This document shows, piece by piece, positions 40,963 to 49,921 of a DNA stretch of 58,458 nt. Under the pieces are notes generated by a model that worked only from the letters and a program-made list of their open reading frames with translations, had not been told where the DNA came from and made no database searches. The stretch's first letter is position 1; each line of letters opens with the position of its first letter. The stretch comes from a virus. Lineage: Duplodnaviria > Heunggongvirae > Uroviricota > Caudoviricetes. The stretch lies in IMG/VR virus record IMGVR_UViG_2724679172_000006; one strand, given 5' to 3'. Made by a program: the position numbers and the translations under genes.

Positions 40963-41250
40963 ATGGCTGATGTACGCATTACTTGCATTACCCTCTCCGG
41001 CTCGCAATCAATCCATGAGCATATTACTCATGTGGGAAGTCCTCAATTTAATACTAGCAATGGGAAATGGACTGTTGAGCAGGTAATTAATGCTATTGAT
41101 AATAATCTCCATACATTCTATGTAACAGATAATGCAGGTAATCGTGTAGAAGTTGGGGTTGTTAATCCTGGTAATGGTGGAAGGCAGTTTATTAGAACGT
41201 ATGCAGACAATCGATGGAATAATAATTTACTATCGCTACCAGTCTGTTAA
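40963..41250 (+). CDS. DUF3892-like small protein
   Basis: About 95 aa ending ..RQFIRTYADNRWNNNLLSLPVC, matching the conserved C-terminus of DUF3892 proteins; AAGGAAG before ATG; low-GC gene after an AT-rich leader. Confidence 0.45.
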   Translation: MADVRITCITLSGSQSIHEHITHVGSPQFNTSNGKWTVEQVINAIDNNLHTFYVTDNAGNRVEVGVVNPGNGGRQFIRTYADNRWNNNLLSLPVC

Positions 41251-41261
41251 TGTAATTTTAT

Positions 41262-41297
41262 AAAAAAGGCTGCAACCTCTGTTGCAGCCTTTTTTTA
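41262..41297. terminator. bidirectional intrinsic terminator
   Basis: AAAAAAGGCTGCAACctctGTTGCAGCCTTTTTTT between convergent genes. Confidence 0.7.
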
Positions 41298-41320
41298 GCC
41301 ATTATGACTGAGATAAGCCA

Positions 41321-42376
41321 CTATAAACTCTGAACAAGACGTTCGATTGCTGCACCATATCTTTCTAATGGTTCATTATTGATTTGTGGCTCAGTGTCAT
41401 GGATCTGATATCTGCCTGGTTTTATATCAAATAGAGGTCTTCCTAGATGGGAAGATACTATAGCTACGGAATGGTTATCTGGCACAGTAAACGTTTTTAA
41501 ATTTCCGCCTTGGAACGCTGTTGGTTTATTCGTCCGCAGATTTTCAGCTCTATCCCTGATTTCGTCGAACATTGCCGAAAACGCTTTACTTGCTCGTTTG
41601 TCATACTCTGTCGAACGATTAAAAACTAGAGAATGAATGACAGGAACCGCTAGACCAAACTGTTGACACCGATCGTAAAAGTTAACAGAACGATAATCGT
41701 TTTGTACTCCAACGCCATAAACCAACTGGCTTAGGTTATCCACTGCTCGAGCCGAAGAACCATCACTTGAGCAAGGTATTATAATTGCATTTGCTGCTAT
41801 CAGTGATAGTTCGGTATAGGCAGAGAAACTGGGGTTGCAATCAATAAAGCAAATGGTTTCTTCGATACCTTGTTGTTGTGCACATGCAACAAGCAAATCT
41901 CGTAGCCACAGGTGGATGCTTTTCCATGAGTCAACTGGTAAGTTTACGCTGCTTAACTGATTGATTACTTGCGCCTGAACTTCCAGGCTTGGGTCGCCTG
42001 CAATCAAAAATACATTGTCAGGGACATGCCCGTTAATTTCAGAGACATGAATTAAGAAACTTGTTTCTGAACCGGTAAGCATGTGGGGGCTGCGAGTTCT
42101 TCTGTCAAAGTACCCACCGACAGTTTTTCGTTGTTGAATTAAGTTCGCGAGGTTAGCAGCACCAGTACCGTTACCGCCGAGCAATATTTCAGATAAGTTA
42201 GCCTGCGGGCACATATCTGCAAAAATAATACGCTTTTCTGGATTTTGCCTTGCGTATTCACAGGCCATAGCGAAAGATAAGTATGTCTTTCCTACGCCAC
42301 CTTTATTATTCCAAATAGCATACGATTTCATGGTATCCCCGGCGTTATCTGCTGTTTGTGTGCCAGCATAAGTCAT
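41321..42376 (-). CDS. ParA/MinD-superfamily ATPase with C-terminal extension
   Basis: Walker A IWNNKGGVGKT; 351 aa; downstream of repL-like gene on same strand; likely start at internal MKSYAIW. Confidence 0.6.
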   Translation of the reverse strand: MTYAGTQTADNAGDTMKSYAIWNNKGGVGKTYLSFAMACEYARQNPEKRIIFADMCPQANLSEILLGGNGTGAANLANLIQQRKTVGGYFDRRTRSPHMLTGSETSFLIHVSEINGHVPDNVFLIAGDPSLEVQAQVINQLSSVNLPVDSWKSIHLWLRDLLVACAQQQGIEETICFIDCNPSFSAYTELSLIAANAIIIPCSSDGSSARAVDNLSQLVYGVGVQNDYRSVNFYDRCQQFGLAVPVIHSLVFNRSTEYDKRASKAFSAMFDEIRDRAENLRTNKPTAFQGGNLKTFTVPDNHSVAIVSSHLGRPLFDIKPGRYQIHDTEPQINNEPLERYGAAIERLVQSL

Positions 42377-42640
42377 TATGCATCTCCATTACTATCCATG
42401 AATTAAGTCAAAAAATATGTAAAAGTAGCAATGTATCACTCTTTTACTCATTATAAACGTTACAAGTTGTGATGGTTAGCTGTGTTTTTATCAGTACAAG
42501 TTTTGATCTGGCTTTGGGTTTTTATATATGGATATGTCTCAACGATGCCCTGCAAAAAGTGATCGCTAACTGTAAAAAATCAGATTGCATCTCCGACCTC
42601 AAACTGAAAACGCCAGGTGACTCCAGATTAGAGCAATCTA

Positions 42641-43486
42641 TCACCCCCTGAATCCTGCCGGTATACCCCATTTTTCGTTATCTTTATTTTTGGCTAAAAC
42701 CGCATTAAGAGCTTCGTTTACCGTCATGCAATGCGGTAGATTATCGAAGTTTGATATCCCGCCAATATCAGGCGAACGCTTGTTCTTCAGGTAAGCATAT
42801 TTCCGCCCAGCCGCCTCTACTTTCTGCTTGAACTCATGTTTTTGAGCGCGTTTTTTGGATAACCGCAGATTGTCAGCCTTTGCTTTTGCCTCAGCGATCC
42901 ATGAAGTCAATTTTTTGAGTCTGGTCGTTCCGGCACCGCCGGAAACTGATCTTTTTGTTTTTTTAACTTGTGACTTCTTATTCTTTATTGCCACGTCATC
43001 CTGACAGGGGGAGGGGGTATCATTTTGACATGGGGGTGTGGATAAAAAATCAAATAAAGCCAATGTCTTAGCGAGAACAGCTTTAACCTTGGTTGCCGCT
43101 GAAGAGATCTTTAATTTGCTTTCAATCAGCGCATTTTTGGCTTGTTGTGCGAAGGCGAAAAAGGATGGTGTAAACCGGTACAGGTTAGCGCGACGTTCAT
43201 GGTGATCGCCGATAACAATCTCTACAGACAGAATTCCTTTGTTTACAGCTTCACGGAATGCACGAACGACGGTTGATTGGCTATAACCAGTTTCTGCCGC
43301 GATCAGGCGGTGGGGCTTGTGAATGAAGTATTCACTGGTTGTTGCCGCGAGATTTGCACATTGCGACAGGATATGCCCGGCGCTACGGGATAGACCGGAG
43401 TGTGTTACAAAGAAGGCCAATTCATAGCCAGAAAAAGTAAAATCGCTCATCGTTATACAGCTCAGGAAAGTGACTTTAGCCAGCAT
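42641..43486 (-). CDS. repL: lytic-replicon initiator, RepL-like
   Basis: 281 aa; helix-turn-helix segment GYSQSTVVRAFREAVNKGIL; immediately downstream of kilA. Confidence 0.55.
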   Translation of the reverse strand: MLAKVTFLSCITMSDFTFSGYELAFFVTHSGLSRSAGHILSQCANLAATTSEYFIHKPHRLIAAETGYSQSTVVRAFREAVNKGILSVEIVIGDHHERRANLYRFTPSFFAFAQQAKNALIESKLKISSAATKVKAVLAKTLALFDFLSTPPCQNDTPSPCQDDVAIKNKKSQVKKTKRSVSGGAGTTRLKKLTSWIAEAKAKADNLRLSKKRAQKHEFKQKVEAAGRKYAYLKNKRSPDIGGISNFDNLPHCMTVNEALNAVLAKNKDNEKWGIPAGFRG

Positions 43487-43515
43487 TACAATGCTGGTGG
43501 TTCTTACTACGTCTG

Positions 43516-44346
43516 TTAGCGCGTTGCCGCGACAGGTACCAGCACACCAGCATCAAGCAATCGCTTCATCAGCCACTGCTGACCTTTGCCGGTTATACGA
43601 GTCGTGAAAGAAATCCTGCTTCCATTGCTTGTATCGATCACGGTTTCTTTAAGGGTGAAATACCCACGGGATATGTATTCTTGTTTGGGGACGTTCCTGC
43701 GTTCACCGGTTGCGATCAGAATTCCGTTATCACGCAACCAGGTGAAGAGATAGTTTTGGCCCAGGCCGAGCACTTTGGCATAGTTGCCGATTAGAACCCC
43801 GCTGGCGGTAGCAACGCGTTCAGCGAATTCGACTTTAGGTGCATCCATAAGCATTTTTTGCTCCAGCCGTTGCTTTTGCTCTGCCAGGTCGGCAGCCAAA
43901 CGGAGAGCTTCAGGGAGACTCTGCGGAATAGCAGGTTGTAATCTTCCGGTTCGATAGTCGATAAATGTCTGGTTTACCTTCAGCCGAAACGCGGGAGAAA
44001 TCCAGCCTGCGTACTCCACAGCGAGCAATTCATGGGCAAAAGTGCCGCCGCCACGGCCTTCGAACGAAACTATGCAATTCTGCATAGTTTCTTTTTCAAG
44101 CTCTTCGATGAGCTGTTTAGCTGACAGCGTTCTTAGCCATTGAGCTGGCGCTTTATGGGCACCGAGTCCGCTCGCTCTGTGTAGAGCATTAAGGTTGTAA
44201 CGGCCAGCGCGGTCGGTCGTAATTTCAACACCACAAATAACGGGCAGAGTGGTTGAAGGATCGACATTTTGATGAAGGTTTGATATATTCATATCCGCAT
44301 TGAATGTTTGTTGCATTTTTTTCTCCAAATTTGCATCAACCTTCAA
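43516..44346 (-). CDS. kilA: KilA-N domain protein with antirepressor-like C-terminal domain
   Basis: KilA-N region IVSFEGRGGGTFAHELLAVEYAGWISPAFRLKV; C-terminal 140 aa paralogous to C-terminus of Ant. Confidence 0.7.
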   Translation of the reverse strand: MKVDANLEKKMQQTFNADMNISNLHQNVDPSTTLPVICGVEITTDRAGRYNLNALHRASGLGAHKAPAQWLRTLSAKQLIEELEKETMQNCIVSFEGRGGGTFAHELLAVEYAGWISPAFRLKVNQTFIDYRTGRLQPAIPQSLPEALRLAADLAEQKQRLEQKMLMDAPKVEFAERVATASGVLIGNYAKVLGLGQNYLFTWLRDNGILIATGERRNVPKQEYISRGYFTLKETVIDTSNGSRISFTTRITGKGQQWLMKRLLDAGVLVPVAATR

Positions 44347-44386
44347 TCACCAGCTCGAAATGGTGATTCTTTGCACTTAGAAAACG

Positions 44387-44403
44387 AAATTTATTAGAGC
44401 AAA
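44387..44403 (-). promoter_or_regulatory. C1-repressor-type operator (16 of 17) upstream of kilA-repL
   Basis: AAATTTATTAGAGCAAA. Confidence 0.6.
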
Positions 44404-44481
44404 TTTTTCTGGCTCGATCCAGATCGGGTTGGACGATCTGCTCAGAAACCTGCCAGTTTGCTGGCAGGTTTTTTTCTTTTG

Positions 44482-45891
44482 TTAACCTATTGCTACTGGT
44501 TTTAACAAACCAGCATCAAGTAGCTTGCGAGTTAACCACTGCTGGCCTTTACCCGTTAATTGGGGCGTCAGCCGTATCTGGTAGCCATTTTCATCATCCA
44601 GCACCACTTCTTTCACCGTGAAATACCCGGCGTTAATGTACTGCTGGCGCGGTACGTTTTTGCGCGCACCAAAAGCCATGAGAATGCCGTTCTGGCGCAA
44701 CCATGAGAAAAGGGCGTTTTGCTTAAGTCCAACGACCTTTGCAAAGTTCCCGATCAGGATTCCATTAGCCGCTGATACCCGGTCGGCAAAATCGACTTTA
44801 GGGGCTGCGGCCACCAGCTGTTGATTTAGCTGGTGGGTTTTCTGTTCCAGTAGCTGCTTTTGTTCAGCCAGCTCGGCAGCCAGGCGCAGAGCTTCGGGAA
44901 GCGTCTGGGGGATTGCGACCGGTTGCTGTTCTTTTTGCCGGAAGTAGCTGTCTTCCAGTTTTTCAAAGAATGCCCACGCTTGCTCTGTGTCTACGATCTT
45001 AGACATGCGTGCCGCTCCGCGTTCGGTCCAGAGTATTAAGGATCTGGTCTTGGGGGAAATTTGCAACTCGCTAAAAGATAGTCGCAAACTTTTTATCTCA
45101 TCTCCTTTGATTTTAAAGAAGTGTTTACCCTCTACAAATCGTTCTTCATTGCGATTGTAGTTCTGCTGAATACGAGTAGGTGTAGTGCCATACCCTCTAG
45201 CAAGAGTCTCGGTTGTCACGACGCGTACTCCCTGCCATTCCAGAACGGGAATTTCATCAGGATGATTTTCAACATTTATAGGTTCCAATGCCTGAATCAT
45301 GGTATGTAGCGAACGGCGGACCGCTTTTGACTCGCGCGCGGCAACTCGCAGGGCTTGTTTGTAGGTCATGGTTATGACAACCATAGGCGTACCGCCACCT
45401 GGCGGCACGGTTGCACTTTTTGTGTAACCGTCCTCACCTTCTAATTCGTCGAGTATTTTTTCGATGAATTTGTTGTTCCGAACCTCTGGTTCCCCACATA
45501 ACTTACGCGCTTCATTGACCATCTTTAACAGTGTCTGGCTGTCGATTGTGTCTCCAGTGTTGGAGATAACATTCACAGCTGGTGATGGCGTAGCTGAAGC
45601 AACAGGTGCTGTTTTTTCAACATTTAAATTATTACCGGTCATTCTATGTGCCTCCTTTCTCATTTCTGCTGCCACTGTTGCGTAACGTAGACGTCCTTGT
45701 TCAATCAAATAATCCCTGATCTCGGCTATCAGTAGCCTGTTGATCACAGCCTTATCTGTTCGGGTATAAAAACGTCTGGTTATCATGAAATAGTTAGCAA
45801 TTGCGCCGGGGATCTCCCGTGTCGGCATACAGGCAGTATGCAAGGCGATCGCTTCGGCTATTTCATTACGGGTGACGAGAGGTGTTTTCAT
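44482..45891 (-). CDS. ant: antirepressor Ant
   Basis: 469 aa; antirepressor-type N-terminal region and KilA-C-like C-terminus; start overlaps stop of icd-like ORF. Confidence 0.7.
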   Translation of the reverse strand: MKTPLVTRNEIAEAIALHTACMPTREIPGAIANYFMITRRFYTRTDKAVINRLLIAEIRDYLIEQGRLRYATVAAEMRKEAHRMTGNNLNVEKTAPVASATPSPAVNVISNTGDTIDSQTLLKMVNEARKLCGEPEVRNNKFIEKILDELEGEDGYTKSATVPPGGGTPMVVITMTYKQALRVAARESKAVRRSLHTMIQALEPINVENHPDEIPVLEWQGVRVVTTETLARGYGTTPTRIQQNYNRNEERFVEGKHFFKIKGDEIKSLRLSFSELQISPKTRSLILWTERGAARMSKIVDTEQAWAFFEKLEDSYFRQKEQQPVAIPQTLPEALRLAAELAEQKQLLEQKTHQLNQQLVAAAPKVDFADRVSAANGILIGNFAKVVGLKQNALFSWLRQNGILMAFGARKNVPRQQYINAGYFTVKEVVLDDENGYQIRLTPQLTGKGQQWLTRKLLDAGLLKPVAIG

Positions 45892-46109
45892 AAACCCCCC
45901 TGAACGTCGGCAGAGAAGGGGAGGCTCCAGTAACTAAGTGAATTGCGCGAGTTAGTTGAAAAACGGGCAGTAAAAATGCAGGGGCCATCAGGCAATTGAG
46001 AGCGTGCTTCGTCTTCTGTTGCTGCGATAACGAAGTGATAGTGGTGTTTTTGGCAGGAGTAAAAGCGCCAGATAAATTCAGGATGAGTAGGGGTAGGGAT
46101 AGTAGCCAC
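45888..46109 (-). CDS. icd: Icd-like small protein, translationally coupled to ant
   Basis: 73 aa; GTG start with AAAGGAGG 8 nt upstream; stop overlaps ant start. Confidence 0.45.
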   Translation of the reverse strand: MATIPTPTHPEFIWRFYSCQKHHYHFVIAATEDEARSQLPDGPCIFTARFSTNSRNSLSYWSLPFSADVQGGL

Positions 46110-46293
46110 AATGGCAGCCTCCTTTTGCTAATTTAAGGAGCTACCGCGTGAGGTTCCAATCTCAATGGCGGTAGCACTGACTGGGTTGGAACTACCGGCG
46201 CAAAAGGGAACCGGCCTGCCTTTCGGCAGCCCAGCCAGCACTACCATTGATCTCGGAGCTATGTGCTACGTATGGTTGTGCGATGGCATGACA

Positions 46294-46400
46294 CAAAAAA
46301 AGACGCTTTTGGCGTCTATGTCGCCTTTTGCATTATCCGGGGTTCCAATCCCGGCATCCGTTTTACTAAGATGCCTGTTTAGGATAAACCGAAAATGCAT
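46294..46400 (-). ncRNA. c4: c4-like antisense regulatory RNA (approximate bounds)
   Basis: Hairpin CCGGGATTGGAACCCCGG (46337-46354) followed by terminator hairpin AGACGCcaaaAGCGTCT plus U-run (46293-46317); loop complementary to GTTCCAA elements at 46133 and 46167 in the icd leader. Confidence 0.35.
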
Positions 46401-46443
46401 TAGCACGCAAGCAAGTTAATGTAGCATATGAAGCTAAAAAAAT

Positions 46444-46460
46444 AAAATAATTAGAGCAAC
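46444..46460 (-). promoter_or_regulatory. C1-repressor-type operator (14 of 17) upstream of c4/icd/ant
   Basis: AAAATAATTAGAGCAAC. Confidence 0.45.
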
Positions 46461-46517
46461 TTGCAACCATGTAAATTATTTCTCTGGTAACTAAAATGTA
46501 TGAGTTTAATTGATATG

Positions 46518-46534
46518 GGTCAAAGATTTTGACC
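46518..46534. promoter_or_regulatory. palindromic operator-like site overlapping a sigma70-like promoter
   Basis: GGTCAAAgatTTTGACC; TTGACC-N17-TATGCT. Confidence 0.3.
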
Positions 46535-46606
46535 ATTGCATGGTGAAACTTTATGCTACAAAATGTTATTTTAAGGCGTTTTATCTGTGGCAGGAGATAG
46601 TTAATC

Positions 46607-46957
46607 ATGTCATCTGAACATGTTCGTAAAGGTGTAACAAATGCGAAATTCAATGAAGAGCAATCTAATATTCTCTTTATTGAAATAGGAATTCTGTCAA
46701 TACTGATAGGTTTAATGTCTAAATCATGGTGGGCCTTTGGCGGTTCTTTTCTTGGACTGATTTTTAGTTTAAGAATAAAATTTCTAGCAATACCATTGAT
46801 GATTGTATTTAGCTTAGTATGGGGAGCTATTGGCTATAGTATTGGTACTTTGTTTGAATCAACAGCAGCAAGTATTGTTTTGGGGGTAATTGCTTTCCTG
46901 AGTGGTTTGGGTACTCATTTTGCTGCCGTGCAATGGGCAAATGATATTGCAGAATAA
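46607..46957 (+). CDS. small polytopic inner-membrane protein
   Basis: 116 aa, about four hydrophobic helices; AT-rich codon usage. Confidence 0.5.
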   Translation: MSSEHVRKGVTNAKFNEEQSNILFIEIGILSILIGLMSKSWWAFGGSFLGLIFSLRIKFLAIPLMIVFSLVWGAIGYSIGTLFESTAASIVLGVIAFLSGLGTHFAAVQWANDIAE

Positions 46958-46979
46958 TTACAGATAAGAAGCGAAAAGA

Positions 46980-47456
46980 ATGAATATGAGATGGTTTTTA
47001 TTATTTGTATCGTTAGTTTCAGCAGGAACATTTGCAAAAATTGATCCTCTACAATGGAATGTAATTGAAGAGAGAGGGGGGAGAGAATATACAATCCATA
47101 ATCATAATGGTGATAAGATAAGTTTTTTATGTGATATGGGATTCATGTATGGTTCACCAGATAGTGCAGGTAGTTTAGGCTTGTTGCTAAGTTCGTCGAA
47201 TAATAAAAAAGAGTATAATGCTGACAAGAATAAAATAGTATTAACTATAGATGGTGATCAATATCCTTTTAGAAATCTTGGATCAATGGTTGGAGATTCT
47301 TGGTGGTATGCCTTTTGGCAAGATGCAGCAGATTCAAATGCTAATATGATTGATGCTTATGTTGATAATGAAAAAATTGCTACATTCCCTCTTTCTGGGC
47401 TAAGTAAGTTGTATCAACAAGCCAAAATGGATGGATGTATTAAACGAGGCAAATGA
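46980..47456 (+). CDS. secreted/periplasmic protein with cleavable signal peptide
   Basis: MNMRWFLLFVSLVSAGTFA then hydrophilic domain; 158 aa. Confidence 0.55.
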   Translation: MNMRWFLLFVSLVSAGTFAKIDPLQWNVIEERGGREYTIHNHNGDKISFLCDMGFMYGSPDSAGSLGLLLSSSNNKKEYNADKNKIVLTIDGDQYPFRNLGSMVGDSWWYAFWQDAADSNANMIDAYVDNEKIATFPLSGLSKLYQQAKMDGCIKRGK

Positions 47457-47530
47457 TCTTTCTGTGTTAAAGATTAACGCAATCAATAAAACATTGGTTG
47501 CGTAATATTCTATTATAGAAATGGAATAAT

Positions 47531-48565
47531 ATGACAAAAATTACTAATTCTAATGAGTTGAAGTTGCTGTATAAACAGTCAGTGCTCATTCCATCATACA
47601 AAGATCACGTAGCGATCTTGCAAAAACAATTAGGAATAGAAAAACATTCTTTTCAAAATATGCCAAGATTGAATAGACAAGCTGTAATTAGTAACTCTCT
47701 TCGAAAACAATTGGCTAGTATACCGAACTTGGCTGGAATAGGCAGCAAGTATCGTGAACATATCGCGATTTTACAGAAACAGACTCAGGCTCTTTTCCCT
47801 CATGATGCAAATAGATATATTCAAATGCTAAGGAAACAGGCCGAAATAGCTATGCCATTACGAAAACAGCTTGAGGTGCTTAATAAGCAAGCTGGTTTAA
47901 ATAACATGCAAGCGATACTTAAAGAATTACAACAAAGTGCAAGTTATAAAATAGATGTAAGCCAAGACATAAAGAAAGTACTAGATCACTATGCTAGAAC
48001 AAGAAATGCTTCATTACATCAAATAATAGAGCAGGGGATTTCATCTATTGCGCAGGCTTATGCTGAAGGTGCTACTGAAACATCACACACCAAAAGTAAT
48101 GTTCAAAATAAAGGATTAAATAAACCTAGCTCAAAGTTTGTTGATTCATTTAAAGAGCTTCCTTATCCACTGCAATGGTTACTAATGGTTATATTTTCTC
48201 AAGTTGTGTTTGGTGCTTTTATTGATTACGGAAAAGAGAAAACCTTGCTGGGAATACACAAGGCAGAATCATATTTTATATCTCTGTTTGAGGATAAACC
48301 AATATCAAAACAACAATTAATTAAAGAAAACAAAGAAATTAGTTGGGAAGATCTCAATGGTTTTCGTTTTATAACTGGTGAGAACGTAAGATTACACGTC
48401 AGTCCTTCTATAAATAGTGAGGTGATTGAATGCATTGGCAAAAATACTATAGTGGCTGTTTTAGATAAAAAAGATCGCCAATGGCTTTTCGTGCAGGTTA
48501 AATCAGGGGACGAGTTTATTACTGGATGGATTACACGAACATACACAAAGCCTCTTAAGGCTTGA
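47531..48565 (+). CDS. membrane-anchored protein with internal repeats and C-terminal SH3b-like domain
   Basis: Repeats H(V/I)AILQKQ and LRKQ(L/A); transmembrane segment LPYPLQWLLMVIFSQVVFGAFIDYG; C-terminal ..VAVLDKKDRQWLFVQVKSGDEFITGWI resembles bacterial SH3 domains. Confidence 0.5.
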   Translation: MTKITNSNELKLLYKQSVLIPSYKDHVAILQKQLGIEKHSFQNMPRLNRQAVISNSLRKQLASIPNLAGIGSKYREHIAILQKQTQALFPHDANRYIQMLRKQAEIAMPLRKQLEVLNKQAGLNNMQAILKELQQSASYKIDVSQDIKKVLDHYARTRNASLHQIIEQGISSIAQAYAEGATETSHTKSNVQNKGLNKPSSKFVDSFKELPYPLQWLLMVIFSQVVFGAFIDYGKEKTLLGIHKAESYFISLFEDKPISKQQLIKENKEISWEDLNGFRFITGENVRLHVSPSINSEVIECIGKNTIVAVLDKKDRQWLFVQVKSGDEFITGWITRTYTKPLKA

Positions 48566-48665
48566 ATTTTATCACCGTATCTTGGGGCTGGGTGTTGATG
48601 ACGATGTGCTACTTGAAGTACTTGGGTTTTTTAACGCAGCATCTGAAATGTGTAGACTGACCGGT

Positions 48666-48687
48666 AACAAATGACAACTCGTAGAAT
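48666..48687 (+). promoter_or_regulatory. candidate late promoter element
   Basis: AACAAATGAC-N6-TAGAAT, about 30 nt upstream of the 48719 gene; overlaps inverted repeat CGTAGAATC..GATTCTACG. Confidence 0.35.
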
Positions 48688-48694
48688 CGGGTAA

Positions 48695-49285
<591 letters not shown>

Positions 49286-49295
49286 GGGGGCTGAT

Positions 49296-49907
49296 ATGGG
49301 GCTTAATGTTGCTTCAGTAAAGTCTTATGTATCTTCGGCATTAACGACGACATTATTTGGCTCCGGCGTTGGTGAGCGGGAAGTTGGCAAGCTGACGTCA
49401 ATCATCATGAACAAAATGCTGTTCGCGCAAGGATGGCAGTTCTCTGTCGAAGTTGATGGTCTGGAGGGGGCAGACTTCTTTGCTAAAGACATTACCTACC
49501 ACGATTACAGCATCGAATATGAAACGATTAAAATCGGCGGAGGGAATATCCTTCAGCCAACGGAGCGTTCACCTGGGCAGATAACAATGATGGTCAGGGA
49601 TACCGTTGATGGCCTCGTTTTGGACTGGTTTAAGACGGCAAAAAGTCGGGTGATCAATCCGGACGGTACCGGGAATATACCGTCTAAATATTTGCTCAAT
49701 GTGCGTATTTATCGGTTGCTGTCCTCCGGTTTAACCAAACTGGAAAATGAGATGACGGTATTCCCGGTCACTACCGGCGATGTCACCTATGCGCGGGATC
49801 AGGTTACGGAATTTAAGTCATTCCCAATGACCTTCGCGTTGCACAGCACGTTTAACCAATCCTCAAGTTCTTTAGCTTCCCTTCTGGGCTTTAGTTTTTC
49901 GCTTTAA
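49296..49907 (+). CDS. putative tail tube protein
   Basis: 203 aa (about 22 kDa), position two genes upstream of tape-measure-like gene; assignment by size and synteny only. Confidence 0.35.
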   Translation: MGLNVASVKSYVSSALTTTLFGSGVGEREVGKLTSIIMNKMLFAQGWQFSVEVDGLEGADFFAKDITYHDYSIEYETIKIGGGNILQPTERSPGQITMMVRDTVDGLVLDWFKTAKSRVINPDGTGNIPSKYLLNVRIYRLLSSGLTKLENEMTVFPVTTGDVTYARDQVTEFKSFPMTFALHSTFNQSSSSLASLLGFSFSL

Positions 49908-49921
49908 ATTAAGGAGCAAGG

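Noticed and set aside
45866-46111. Alternative 81-aa frame overlapping the icd-like ORF
   Set aside because: The 73-aa frame has a strong AAAGGAGG site and a stop overlapping the ant start; the 81-aa frame has neither.
46366-46653. Minus-strand 95-aa ORF across the divergent promoter region
   Set aside because: Spans operator, palindrome and promoter sequences and overlaps the start of the plus-strand membrane-protein gene; low-complexity AT-rich translation.
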